DNA of 64,000 bases from Botryllus schlosseri (Eukaryota), in assembly GCA_051294905.1 (NCBI GenBank), contig CM119386.1:806001-870000 (forward strand). Reading direction: 5' to 3'. Below the pieces are notes generated by a model. That model worked only from the letters and a program-made list of their open reading frames with translations, was not told where the DNA came from and searched no databases. The translations under genes and the position numbers were made by a program. Numbering within the stretch: position 1 is the first letter of the stretch; each line of letters opens with the position of its first letter. Below, one piece after another: positions 11,701 through 26,700 of the stretch.

Positions 11701-14700
11701 TGTGACAACGCTGTGGGTCGATCACAGGTATGTCATTACTAGTAACATGAAAAGCTTTGCGCTACTTGTTTCGTATGTTGCAATAAGACCAATTGGGGTT
11801 TACAGCCTTCCAAAGTGGAAAATCGTATCAAAACTTCAATTCTCGTTGCAAAATCAACTCTTAGTGCCATGGAGTGTCTCATTTCAGTACTCGAAAAAAT
11901 GAATTCTCAATACTCGACTCAAATCATTAGAATTATACCCGATTCAGACTCATACTCGAATCATTGTGAACAGCCCTTGTTATAACACTGGATGAGGCTA
12001 AGTGACATGCATGTAATCTACCTGGTGCAGTGGTGGTGGCGGTGGTAGTAGTTGATTCCGGGCTTGACTCTGTGGAGGCTGTTGATTCCGTAGGTGACTC
12101 AGACGGGGTTGAATCAGAGGGGGTTGACTCAGGAGTAGTTGTCTCAGGAGTAGTTGACTCAGGGGTGGTTGAGTCGGGGGTGTTGGACTCGGCAGTTGTC
12201 GATATAGGGGTGGTGAACTCAATTGTGGTTGATTCAGAGGTGGTAATCTCAGCCACAACAATGTTGTCGGTGGTTGTTGAATCAGGCGATGCAGTGATTT
12301 CTACTGTGGCACTCGCTGAGGTAGAGGTTGTGGGGGATGCTAGGATACAAATTATGCATTCAAAAATACGGAAATCACAAAAAAAATGATAGAATCTTTC
12401 TTCATTTTCAAGTCTACTCACTACCAATATTGCTATTCTAACTACAGCACAAATTAATCAGAATTGCCGCTATTTCAAAATTCTGTACCATATAAACTTT
12501 TGAGTATGAATTTCTTGCTAAATTACAACCATGCCATATATTACGCGTGGATTAAACCAGTATTTCAACAGATTCTTGGAGGTACAGAACTTCAATATAC
12601 AATTGAATAGTATATTGATATTAGAATAAACCCCGAACATTTTCGGCTGACTCTCGTCAGGGGTAAGTCAGCATTTAGTGGAGAATGGAAAAAAAACATT
12701 GCATGTCAACAATCGTGTTGCCAAATATGACGTCTTGGCATGCAGATTCAAATCATCCGGCTAAAAAGATTACTTTATTTTCGGGTTAATATCAATATGA
12801 ATATACGATCAAATAGTATAGTAAACCCAGTAGCGATGCAGATAACAAGGCCATGAACCAAATTATGATCAGACCAAAATGGCAGATACCATCTGATGGC
12901 CTCGTAAAATTGTTTAATTGGCAGTACGGACCTTTTGTAACCAAAATTCTAGTTCATGGTATAACTTGACGTAACATAATTACTCACTCTCGATTTATAT
13001 GCTGCATATGTGAAAAGGATCTACACAAAACATGCTTACCTACGTGTGAATTTAATATCACCATTGAATATGAATTGCTAGAGAATTTATTTTATTTCAA
13101 ACCTCTCCCTTATTTTTTGGCTGGCTACGCCACTGCACCGGCTACGCTACTGCACTAACATGAGTAACTAGCCGTAACCCGTAACTACAATTATATCAGC
13201 ATATAATATATTTGTAACATACTCAATATATAGCAACATAACTATCTGTTCTTCTTGTCTTTAAAATTCCACGAGAAATTAAAACTACATGAGTTGTCAA
13301 ACAGAGCATCAAAAGACGCTAGTTGTAATTTGATATTATGTTCCAAGCAATTCATATTGGAAGGCGTCGAAATATCCTTAGTAGAAAAAGCTAATAGTGA
13401 TAATCACACTAATTATGGCTAAGATAGCAACCGTGCAGTATTGAGCATTGAGAACGGTGAAATACCTGTCGTGGGAGTTTCAACTGTGGTAGTCGATGTT
13501 GTTGTCTCTTCAGTTGTAGTCTGGATGTCCGTTGTTGTTGTTGTTGTGGTGACCGGCCCCGTCGTTGTTGTGGTGGTGTCCAGCGTGGTTGATGCGACAA
13601 ACACTTTGTAAATAAAAAATTAACAAAATTTCAAAAATAATTTCAATTGCAATTCAATCAATAATTGACCCATCGTTCTTGAACATTGCGGAAAGAAATC
13701 GTAAAGAAAGATCCCAAATCTGCTGCGAACTTACTAATATCTTGTTAGAAAATGTGGCGGTGCTGTCATTTACGCTGATTGGCGCATTTGTCACAACAAA
13801 ACTGAACTAGTGGCAATAACAATGACATATAGAAACGCTTTCAGTGCATTGCATTATTTAATCTTTTCTCTGTTTTTGTTGTGACTATCAGTAATTTACC
13901 ACGACTGGCATTATTAAAATACCACTGTTGCATCATAATTTGCCAATTTGGTTTTCATTTGAATCTATGTTTGTATGCTCTCTCTTGATAATATGCACAA
14001 GGGTTGCTCAAAAATAATTTTTTTTCTGGATTTCGGGGATTCACTTGGCTTTGGCTCGATTAAATCTGTTCGAAAATTTTGGAATTATCAAAAAAATGGA
14101 TTTTTTTTTCAAATTTCACTCACAACGCCATGAAATCGTTGAGCTGTCTACAAAAACGATGCAAAACAAATTTGAGGCAATTCCTACCTGTGGAAGCAAA
14201 AGTGATTTGAGTTTTACATTCATAATTCTGGGATTACCCACTGTAACAACTGTCCCACCAGGGTGCCAATAATCTTCCCACGCAACCCTGCACCTAACCT
14301 CATTTACCATGACCTTAATCTTATATCGATAAAGTAGTCTGTGAAGCACATGCTTTGAGAGATCGCCAGTGTAGCGGGTGTGCTCTCGCTTCAACCACAG
14401 AGTCGTATACAGACAATTAGATACATCTAACTTTTTTCTTTCTATATTCGTTAATATATTGCAGTATGATTTGATCCTGGTAAATCTACAAGTTTCTGAC
14501 CACTGCTACTAATATTTGGCTGTTCTGTGTTATTACAGAAAGCTCCTGGGATCTGCGTGTGCGGTCAGGATTGCAAGAGTACTCAGAGCGGTCATTAGTC
14601 AGTCGACTAGTGCGTACAACCGGAACTGTAGCTGTAGCATCGACTCCAATCAAGCACTATACCAGCGTGTCTTGCAACAAGTCGTTGCAGCGACCGCTAC

Positions 14701-17700
14701 ACCCACCGTCCAGGCTATTTTTGTGAATCTAAAATTTTCAACTGAAATAACTTCATTTCTACTGGTCGGAATAGAGCAAGACTTGGTGAGCATCGTTCTT
14801 TTAGACAACTTATCAATTTCATGGGGTTGATAGTAAAACCTGAAAACATTTTTTCAAATTTTTTTCGTAATAAATTCAAATTTTTTCAACTCCTGTGCAT
14901 TCACATCTACCAGATTTTGTTCAAAAACCCACCGTACTGCAGGGATCTAAAATACAAATGAAAAAAGCAACCCAGACTCATCTACTCACCTGTAACTTGG
15001 GCAGCTGTGCTACTCAACAGGCCTTGATTCAGAGAGAAGACCGAAATGACGGTATTTGTGTCGAGCGCAAGGTCAGCAATAACGGCCGACAGAGTGGAGA
15101 TATCTGAATAAAATTTTTGTTGAGGCTTTGCAACTATACGAGAATGTGGTGAGAATCAGACGAGGTCAAAGTTGGAGTGGCAGTTTACAAGACATAACTA
15201 ATTCAAGTGCAATAGCATATACAAGGTCTGAATCAAAGTAGCTCAAAGTAAATTTTCCCAAATTTTGAAACCCATTTTGAAATTCGTAGAAAATCAAGTT
15301 TCTGTAAGATTTTCATATTTTTCGGCCATGTTTGTGTTTTTTACAATGTTTCAAAGTTAACCATGGCCGAAAGAATATGAAAACTTTCCATAAAGTTAAT
15401 TTTCTCAAAATGTGTAAAATTAGGGTCACCATATTTTGAGTTACTAAAGTTATGTTGGCGGACGAGAAAACGTGTAATTTGAAAATTTTTACGAAAAATG
15501 ATCTTGTGTTGACTAAAAAAAGGTCGTTTTTACAACTCGACTCCCGAAATACCCGCTGTACCATAAAGACGTTTATTATTGACCTATTTTTGAGTCAACC
15601 AGGCTGTTACTGTCGCCAAAATCCAGATTTTATGGCATTTATTGCGTTTTTTAGTAGTCCCTGTACAAAGGCCTGGCTGTCAAAGCTATAAAGGATGGGG
15701 AATTGCCTAAAAAGAAGGACATTTGGGCGTCCTTGAATGACATCTTCGATTTCCTGAAAAAGGACGACAAATCCTCCTAAAGAACGACGTATGGTAACCC
15801 TATGTAAAATGGACGGACCGTAGCCACTATAATTACACAGCCACGATATAGGATTAGGACTATTGCCAGAGTTTGTGGACCTCACCAATGGTAGCAGACG
15901 GTCCTGTTGGGCTGAATTGTATTTGGTAATCGGCCGGACTCCTCGCGGGTGCGGTCCAGTTGATCTTGGCCCCTCCGTAAGCGATGGAGTCGTCTGTAAC
16001 TTGCATTGCATCCACTGGAGCATCTGGTCCTGAGGAGTGAGAAATATTAGAACTTAGTATGCACGGACATAGCAGCTACTAATATGATTTAGAGATGTTG
16101 TATTCTGCGTACGTTGAAAGGTCAGCATTAGCATCTGGACCAGAGCTGAGCAAAATGATTTGAGTACTTGAATCTGACTCGAGTATTCATTCTAATGATT
16201 TGAGTTGAGTACTGAAATTATCTGCTCCTTTCCGCTAATTTATCAATGACAAGTATAGTATGAATAGTATTTTTTACTCTCTAGAAGCAACATACGATAC
16301 GGGTATTACAAAGCTATGCACCTTAGTGGAAATGAGGTATCTGTGAAATCATGATCAACCCACAGTATGGCCACAAAGTGCAATGAAATAGGTATAGTGA
16401 AAAATACCAAATTATCTTTATTATGATATAAAACAGGCATTATATTCTTTGTGGTAGTATAAAAGGTACATATTTCAACTTTCACATCATCACTCAGGCA
16501 TTCGATTTTGCCCAGCCTTAATCAGCAGATAACGAATAAAGTTCTCACATACAGAATCATTTCACTTTGTAAATTTCAACATAATCGAGGCAAAATAAAG
16601 ATAAATAAGATACTTACTAGTAAATCTTGACACGGCGTTGCTTCGAGAGCTTTCCACTTCCTTGTAAATGCAGACAGCCTCAAACGTGTAACTGGTCGCG
16701 GACTCAAGAGATGTGATTGTGCTCTAAAGACAAACGTGTTATTCATCATTACCTAACATTAATGCACAAAATAACACACATCATCATGGTAAATTATATT
16801 AAATGTTACCGCAAATAAAATAACGCGGTAAAAGAGAGCGTAAACACATTCTTCCTAACTCACAAGACAATCAGATATATCACCGCATCTCACCTGGGTT
16901 GTTGCTGCATCTGCTACATCGATAAATGATTCCGTGCCGTTTTCTGGTTTGTAGTACACTCGAACACTTGAGCAAGGCTGCGAAATTTGAGTCCAAGACA
17001 CCTAAAACAAGTTGTGTACAACTGTGTAAGTAAAATTCTATTTCTAATTTAATATGGAAATGCTGATAATCTGTACAAAATTGTCTAACTCTAGTTAAAC
17101 TCACTGTTATGATGTTGGCAAGTACGTCTGCGTCTGCAATAGCAGGCAACGATGGAGGTTTGACCGTGAAAGTGGTGGTTACATCGAATGTTGACGATAT
17201 GCTCTCCACACCCTTGTATACAGACTGCATGGAAACTGAAACAAAAAATTTAAAATCTCATAAGATAATCCACAGCAATTCATCTGATTTTCATGACTGA
17301 TTGAGTGCATTCAGAACAACGATGACATGATTATTCACTAGCACACACGAAAGTACAAGAAAAGGTCATTGCATTTTTGGTCAAAACGCGACAACTACTA
17401 AATAATGAATCGCAAATCAGCTAAGAAATCATGGAAATGTGAAATAATCAGCATGTGAAAAGGAGTTTGCCACCGCCAATACTTGAAAAACCGAGAGCTA
17501 TAAAGACAGGGTAATCGAGATTCAGAACATGAATATTTGATATGCCCTGAATTCATCTGAAATGTCTCACTTGTGTATTCCGTGTCAAAGTTGAGAGAGG
17601 TGAAATTGAACGATGTAGTGTCACCCGTCACGTTCTGCTGAGTCACAGCGACTGACGAGTCTTTGAGAGCAATCGAAACCCTGGAAAGGTTGATATTTAC

Positions 17701-20700
17701 AATATATGGATAGTTGATATTCGTAAATTACGAATAACGCTGGACACAATGATTCCGGTGCTGAAATTATATGCATACTAAGAGTAAATTTAGCGATGAG
17801 AATTATAGTTTGATACTATTTGCCACTGTGGAAGCCTTGAATAGTACAAACATATGTACAAACATATAGTACAAAGTTGTTAGTGGAAATGACATATACA
17901 TTGAAGTCGTGAACAAACCACAGCATTGTCACCGAGTGCAAGGAATCAGGTCATGTTCCAACTTTCCATATCATTCATATTGTCAAGAAATCATAAATGA
18001 GAGATATTTGAAGACTTGACTCGAAGCCTATCACTCGATTCTAAATCAATCACTTGTGCACACGATTTTGTCTAGCCCTAATTACAAAGTGATCACAGAA
18101 TAAAATCATAACAAAGCATGAAACCTGATATTGTCAACATAGATTGGTTTCGACCAAGTCACGTAGATGAAGTCATCACCCAAAGAACTTCCTGATACGG
18201 CGTTGGCTCTTGGTGGCGTAACAGCTGCAAAACATATTTTCTTTGATGCAAAAGAGCAGATTTGAAGAGGCTTATGATGGCACATAACGTCAATAGACAA
18301 TTGAATCGTATTTTCATATCGAAATAAACGAGAATATTTTTGGCTGACACTCTCAAGCGGTAATCGTCACCAACTAGTAGAGAATTGAAAAGAAACTAAT
18401 TCTATTTGTGCGAAAAATTATTGAGACTTCTTTTCGGGAGAAGCCTTGGAGTCAAGCCAAGGTACCGTAGTTTGTGCCAAGAAAAGGAGTATGGATATAA
18501 TCTATAAATAGTGAGCTTAAACTATCTGTCCGCCTGCCTCATTCGAATAAACATGCTGGTGATGTCATATTTGGTGATACGATTTTTGATGTACAATGTT
18601 CGTTTCAATTCCACATTACTCGCTGGCGATTACCCCTGACGAGTGTCAGCTAAAATACCCGGGTTTATTTCAATATCAATATATTATTCAAATGCAATCT
18701 CATATGTTTGACATGGCACAGCTCCCAAATGTATTTAACTTTACAGAATAATATTAATAAGGCTGACTTACGAACGCAGGACACATCAGTTCGATCATCT
18801 GAGCCAGATCCATCAACATAATATTGCTGGCATGAGCATTCATATGAGCCTCGTACGTTTGCGCAGTCGCTATTGGAGTCGCATACATTCGTTTCACACT
18901 CGTTTATGTCTTCACAATGCGTGGAGTTCAACTGCTTGTATCCTGAACGGCAATTTGAGGCATAGTAAATGTGCATTGATGACAGTTGAATTTTAAGTTT
19001 ACCCGGTTTGCATTGGCACTTGGCGACACCGATGTCCACATAGCACTCGGCGTTGACGCAGTCCAGAGTCAAGTTGGCAGAGCATTGTGTTATTGCAGTG
19101 CACGTACCATTGACATTCTCAAATCCAAAGAAGCATGAGCAATCGTACGAAGCTGCAATTGTGAAGAAAGTTGAATAAGAGACTATTTCAGGTTGAGAAC
19201 TTCAATATACAATTGAATAATATATTCACGTTGAAATATATGCTCGGAAACCTCCCAGGCGAGGTAATGAACGTCGAACTCTACTACCTCCGATATAAAC
19301 ATAAACACAGGCCGTTCTGATTCTTACCCACAGAGTTTGTGCAATTTTGATGGCAAGGTGACGCGAGACATTCATCAATATCTGCACAAGTCACGCCGTC
19401 TGTACCGAGGCTATAGCCTGCATCACAGCTACATGTTCTTGACCCTGAAATGATGGGAAAACCATGATTGAGGAAATATCCTACACAAAAGAAGCCATGG
19501 CTGCACGGTATAACAAAATAACCTACCGTCTGTGTTGGTGCATAGATGGCCGCAGAGTCCATTTCTGTCTTCACATTCATTGACATCGTCGCAAGAATTC
19601 GTGGTGCTGTTGTACTGATATCCATTTCGGCAAATGCAACTGTGATAAAATGCAGAAGATATAGCCAAAGTTGGACGATTAGAAGAAAATGGCGGTATTC
19701 TAATTGTAATATAATCTGTGAAATATTTTTGTTACTGTTCATTTTAATTCGGAATATAATTCAATTTCCAAGTTTTCTGCGAATTCAGTAACTCTAACGA
19801 CAACCCAATTTCTGGTGTTCTTGAAAATGCTACAGGAGAAGTATATAATGCGAAACCAGCCAAGCTTGCTGTACAGACATTTGCCGTTTTTCTTATGAGA
19901 AGTGAACTGAAATTTTGTCGCCTTTCTTATTCGAAATTTAATTGAAATTTTGATATATATTGGAATATCTAGGTAGCTTTCATTCTAATTCACGTCAAAT
20001 CTGAAAAAGTTGAAAATTCAGAATTTAATTAGATTTTCGCGCAATTTTGAATTCAGTGACTAGATTTCTAATCTAATTTGGGAAAAAAACGTGTAGCTAT
20101 CATGATAATTCTAATCATATTCGGGAAAGCTAAAAATTTTCTAATTGTCCTATTATAGTTGGAGCGTTGCCTGAAAACTTTTCAGATATGAGAAATACTG
20201 GAGAAAGCAGATGCATTCATATTGTTATATTACTCACGTATTGAATATATATATGGACCAGTACTCACGTGAAACCCGGTATTTGATTGGTGCACGAACT
20301 GTCCCCAGGACAACTATGCGAATTTGTCGCGCATTCGTCAATATCTTCACAAACGGCTGGGTCGGCGGTAGCCTGATATCCGGATATACACGGACAGCTG
20401 AAATTAAAATCATGAAATCGATACCAAAATTAAATTATTGAATATAAAGTATCCTAGCTAGAGGTGGGCCAAGTAGTGATCGTTGGTGCTTGAGTAGAAG
20501 TCAAAATAACGTCGTAAAGAACAAGTAGAACTACAATGCCACACTTTAATGACTATTTCGGTGGTTCCAGTGCCCCGAAAAGATTCTATAGTATTTTCGG
20601 AATTAGTGTGACACTAGCTTTCGATTAAGACTAGTTTTAATAATTTTCAGTGCTCGGGTCGCCAGCTATAGAGATAGTAATACATAGTCAAACGTTCTGA

Positions 20701-23700
20701 TAAGCTTACAACAGTAATTTAAGCAAACCTGTAGCTCCCATAGTTGTTGACACACGATTGCAAGCTCTCACAATTCGCAGTGCTCTCCGTGCATTCGTCG
20801 ACATCTTCACACGAGCCGCTGACATTTGTGAAGCCCGCTTTGCAATCACATCTGCACAGAAAACAATATTCTATATGCAGTTTCAGCTGTGAGATACATC
20901 AAATTTAGGGCTGTGCACAATAATTCATGTATATAAGTCGAGTCATTTGCAATTCACCACCAAGTCAAGTCAGCTAGTAGACAGCCGAGTCCAATTTTCA
21001 GTTCAATCCGTTTCAACCCACTTTTATCAACTCTGCCCGAGTGATATAGAATGTCGCGCATTCATAATATCATATTTCCTCAGTCAGTTAACAGTTTCTT
21101 AACAGTTTCTTAACAGTTCCTTAACAGTTTCTCGCCCTATTTTTCAAGCATCAGGACTGATAGACCAAATACCAATGATTTGACAACTTTACTATTCTTC
21201 GAAGTTACAATGTAATGTCGGTCTAGTCCGTCCTAGTCTCGAGTTATATGACTTGGTTTGACTCAATGAAACAATGACGCGAGCACAAGTCGAGTCAATA
21301 CAAAAATTGACTCAAGCCAAGTCGAGTCACCATAGAATCGCGACTCGGGTCGGCAATGCTAAATACATCGAACAGTATGAGAGAGTTTAACTTACTGGAA
21401 TGATCCTTGCAGATTTGCACAAGATTGAGTGGTCGCATTACACGGGTCGGTATCGCATTCATTGATATCGACGCATCCAATACTGGCATTGCCGCTGTAA
21501 CCAGTCTTACATTCGCACCTGTGAGAGATAGGTACTCACTTCAGAATTGATACTTAAATTGAAGAAGTAATGCCATACATTTCCACTCAATTACAAGTAT
21601 AAGCAGCAAATTCGAAAACATCACAAGCAGTGATATTACAAATAACTGCAAAACATATTCAGTTATCATAACCCAGTAGATATTCCACAGGCATGTTATG
21701 ATGACTATTTCACTGAAAAAAGTGACGAAAACTTGTATTGCAACCACTTTCTTTTTTTCATAATCAAAAGTGTACAAAAACTCGTTAAGCAGAAGTGGAA
21801 GTAACCTAAAAAGATAGTCAATACGGTAAACATTGATATATATAGTTCAGGGTTACATATCAAAGGAATACAAATACATGGTTGAGTAGTTAAAGAGATA
21901 CTTGGAGGTAGAGTACTTCAATACACAATTGAATAGTATACTCATATTGAAATAAACCTGAATATTTCCGACTGACACTCGTCAGGGGTAATCGTCAGCA
22001 ACTTGTTGAGAATTAAAACGAACATTGTACATCAAAAATCGTCGACTATGTATATTCAAGTCCATGGAAAATGGCGAAGCCACCAAATGTAACGGCAACC
22101 TACGTGTAGCTTCCAATTGAATTTTTACATTCGGTATTTGTTTGAGTTGTGCACGAGTCAGTAGCAACATTGCATTCATTGACGTCATTGCATGTGGTGT
22201 TGTCAGTGTCCAGCGTGTATCCAACATTGCACGAACAGATTGCTCCATTTGATTCGCTACTGCACACTTGAGAGCAGGTGTTATTCACGCAGTAGTCTGA
22301 AATGTAAAAGGTATAAATTTTTCACCTATTAGCAAACAGCTAGCAGATTGCTATAGCACTAAGCTGCCCATGAAATATGAGCAGAGTTTTCATTTATTGA
22401 CATTAAAAACGAGAATTTTTTACCTAAAAATTACTTTTGACATTAAATTTCATCGGTTATCCCATGAAATTGCTCTAAATACAAGACATCTGACTCAATT
22501 CCAACCCGTCTAAGCGAAGCTATTGGAGTCAAACATTTTGGATTTGCAAAAAATGATATTTATGGCGGGAAATTCTACTCTTAAAGCTTCGCTTCTGCGG
22601 GTGGAAATACAGCCAAATTTGCTATGCATCATTTTTAGACAAGGTAACAATTTCATCCATGGGATAGCATTTAAAATTCGTGAAACATTTTTAAAAATAT
22701 ATCTAATTTTTTTCACACTTATTTTTTTACACTGCTACATGTTGGAAGAGAGCCTAATTTGATCTACAACCTAACAATTTTACTAACCAGCCAGCTAAAT
22801 TCGAGAAAAGATTTTGTGTTTTAAGATAACCTTACAACACAGTGTTTCCGGAACTAGAAATTTCGAATTAGAATTGCCACGTGCCACGAGTATATACGTA
22901 CCGACAGCATAGCATTGACTCTCGATGAGGGTTTGCCCTTCTGGACAAGATGCATTGGCGCACGTGTATCCCGATAAGGGCGCGACATTGTCAACACAAA
23001 TACCAGTGGTGCAAGGCGAGGCGTCGCATTCGTTTCTGTCATCTTCGCACTTGACACCGGAATATGCATCGGTGCAGCTGCATCCGTAGATCTGAATATA
23101 AACGATAGGTTTGATTTTTTGATTGTCTCGACAGAAGCGACTAGAAATAAGGAGAATGAGAATAAGGCCCGATCCACAAGAGCAGATTCAAACGTAAGTT
23201 CAAAAATCATTCAAATATTGGATTCAACCAGCACTTAATATTAAATCTTACACTTTATAGCACCAAAATGACTTAAAACTGTCATCTCCATATCCAAATC
23301 TTTACATTATGTCTGAAAGCCAACTAATGAGTAAGTAAAATGTGTCTATTTAGGCTGTTTCATGCCTAGAAAAAGCTACCTAATGACTAAAAATAAAAAC
23401 GTGATTACTTTCACAGTACCCCTCACCAACTCATTACCAAAAGACAATCAAGTTTCGTAGTTTCTTGATGATTTATTTCAATCTTGCCCTTTCACGGACA
23501 CAATGTTTAAGAAACGTTGACTTGAACAGTTTGGTATGGTACATATTTCGCAGGCACAAGGAAAACGATACCACTTACACGCCATGCGAATAGTCTGGAG
23601 CATGGCTATCTATAGCGCAAATGCATGGCAAACAAAATTAAGGGATATATCGAGCTTAAATCAAGCGATAATCACTGTTGACCAACTCACAAAGTATCAA

Positions 23701-26700
23701 AGATAACTCGGTTAAATAGCTAACCAAGTCATCACAGTTTTTCGATACACTGATACATTTTACTTAAATATAACACAAATAGATTTCTTACCTCAAACGA
23801 ATTTGAATCAGCGGCAACCAAAGGCTGTCTGTTGAAACTACAGCTTCCGTTATTACTGCAATCGCAGAGTTTTACAAGAACTCCAAGCTCGGTAGTGAGA
23901 CCGTCAGCAGTGGCCATGAATATGACGGACAAACTCGTGTTGTCAGTCGGTGTCCATGTGAAGATTCCGGCTGAAATTTAGAATTCATTCAAGTTGCAGT
24001 TATGATATGAACACGTAGATGAGGACTAACCAACTATTATATCACAGGTCCAGTTACAATAGCTTGATATTTTATTAGGTCGGTTGTAACTTACATGAAA
24101 TAATTGACAGTCGCAGGAATGCAATTCGGTATAACTATATACTAAATCCGGTAAATCGATATTACCAATAGAAATAAGCGAAATGCATTTATTGTTCTGT
24201 TAGTCAATCCTAGTAGAAAGATTGGCAATATTTATTCCACTTGGTTATGGTATAATATACAAGAAAATATTGAGTCTAAGGTTCGAATTGAACACTGTAA
24301 AGGTCCACATTCGGACCGCGCCACCAGTTGAATAGCTCTGACGTGGATGATGAATCATTTTGAACATGAACAACAGCTATACATAACCTGATTCACCATC
24401 TTTAACATAACTGTAAGTTTTTATATGAATAATATTAGCGCGGAGGTACAAACTTTCAATATAGAATCGATTAATATGTAATGATATTGAAATAAACGTG
24501 AATATTTTCGGCAGCAACTGGTACGGATTTCAATGTGTATCAGCAGTCGTACGATTTATGCAAGTGAAATCATATTTGGTGATACGATTCTTTATACATA
24601 ATGTTCTCTTGCAATCCCAATTAGCTGCTAGCGATACCCCTAAAAAGTCCTAGCCAAAAATATTCAGGTTTATTTCAATATGAATACACTATTCAATTGA
24701 ATGATAGCATATTGATTGTGTTCCTAAGGTAGCGTAGCAAGTAGAAACCCTGGCTCAACTGACTTGCAGGATCGATGGTGACATCTGTGCTGTTAGCCAC
24801 TGTTCCACCCAAGCTGTACGTGATGCCTGACGTGCTGTTTGCCTCAATTGTGAACGTGAATGATTCGCCGACTTGCACTTCAATTTCTGTGATGTTAGTC
24901 ACCCATGCTGGCGGTCTCGTACCTGAAACAGTGAAGGGGTGAAATTATTTCTTATCTCACGCAGTCTTTGTTACCTTCAACAACAGATATTATAATTTTA
25001 TGTCTTACAAAAAGTTAATCTATTTGATTGGAGATAAATCTATGCCTAATATGATAATTGTATTTTCCTGCATTTACTATCCTGGAATATAAACACAAGC
25101 AATTAATACACTGCTTGTATATTGGTACTGTTGAGTTCAATAATGTGCACCAAGACTTGTCATATTATGCAGATCCACATACAATTATGAAAAAAGTTTT
25201 TATCTCTTAAACTAGAGCTAATCAGCAATTTTAACAAACTTTTTTTGGATTAAGCGTTCAAAAAAGCGTAACTATCAATAAATCAACTATTTCTTATCGA
25301 AAGCAAACAACTTTTAAAAAAATTCTGGAACAGTTGATCGAAGTAAAACCTATGATAGATGGAAAAATAAGCATTAGTGGGTTATGAATACATTCTTACA
25401 ATCATTATCACCGATTAATTACATGAAGTAGAACATTTTACTTCTCATCTGTAAAGAATCAGATGTTATAAACATTGCAAGTACAGCCATTGAGAGTCAT
25501 ACTTAATGCGTCCTGCTGAGTGACAACTTGTTGTTCAGTCGCAACGACTTGAGACGCTTGAGCCGAGTCGTTTGTCAACAGGAAGGTACGGAGACACGTC
25601 AGGCTGTAGCCGCTTGAGCTCTGCAAGAGAGGAGATTTTAGTCTTCAACTGTCAGAGTATTACTATCTTTCTAGGAAGATTTCGGTGATGTGAAAAATTT
25701 CTGACAAATCGAGGTCTGTGATTGGGTATTTTTGATCATGCGTCATTTTCGTCAACAGCTTCATGTTGTCACAGCAGAAAAAATTTCAAAATCACCCGTT
25801 TTCCCGTCCGGTAGTGCAGCTTTTAAAACTTTTAAAAAGTGCCCTCTTTTACAATCTCAAAATATGGTAACCCTACTTCTACTGCAGTAGAAAGTTATGA
25901 CAGAATTCTACTTCTACTTGAGCAGAAAGGAAGGTACCTTTGACCATCTCTGTTCATTATCATTCACAAATTTTTTTTCTATCATTCAGCAGCATTTACT
26001 TCCGGTTAGCAGTTTGATGATAAAACAGATTGAGGCAGTTTAAGATGATAATTTACAAAGCCTTACATTACACAACGTTCTCGCTTGGTCCAGCATTGCG
26101 TTGGATGACTCGTTCAGAAGTTGCGGAAGGTATATCGGCGTGAAGGTTTGATTGTTATACGTCGTCCAAGACTCTCCTGCGTCGTAGTTAAAGAGACTCT
26201 CATTTTCATAAACGATCCCTGTGAAGAAATTTGTTCATCAATGCTAGGCATACTGATATTATATGTTATTATAATACAATACTGTATACTGCGCTCAAAA
26301 CAATCAGTTGTGACAGTTTCAAGTAATAAACTTCATTCTCACATGACGATCCAAAATCGAATACGCTTTCTTCCAAGACGGTTCCGTCGCTCACAAACTC
26401 ATTCATTCTCTGCTGGTATTCGCTGACGGCCGGGTCGAAAGAACTGAACTGCAGGCTGTCAAAAGCCAACACATCTCCGGAACGAAGCTCGAAATCGTTG
26501 GTAGCGTTGTCGTCGTAAAATCCTGTAGAGATTGCGATTATGCCATGAACATCCAAAAACAAAATGAAAGATTTAGATTTCGGTAAGAAAGAGTGATCAA
26601 ACTAATCAGCATTACCACTGAAGCGGAAGTGGAAGAATTCCTGTAAGACTCTGGTTAATTTCGAGTAAAGGTAGCGTATTCCAAAACATGTAAAATCTAC

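Noticed and set aside
12030-12389. Plus-strand 119-aa Val/Asp/Ser/Gly ORF
   Set aside because: It is the antisense shadow of the Thr/Pro/Glu/Ser mucin exon 12022-12339.
13735-13801. Candidate exon FVVTNAPISVNDSTATFSNKIL with a GTAAGT donor
   Set aside because: Its 2-0 phases are incompatible with both phase-1 neighbours, which join directly.
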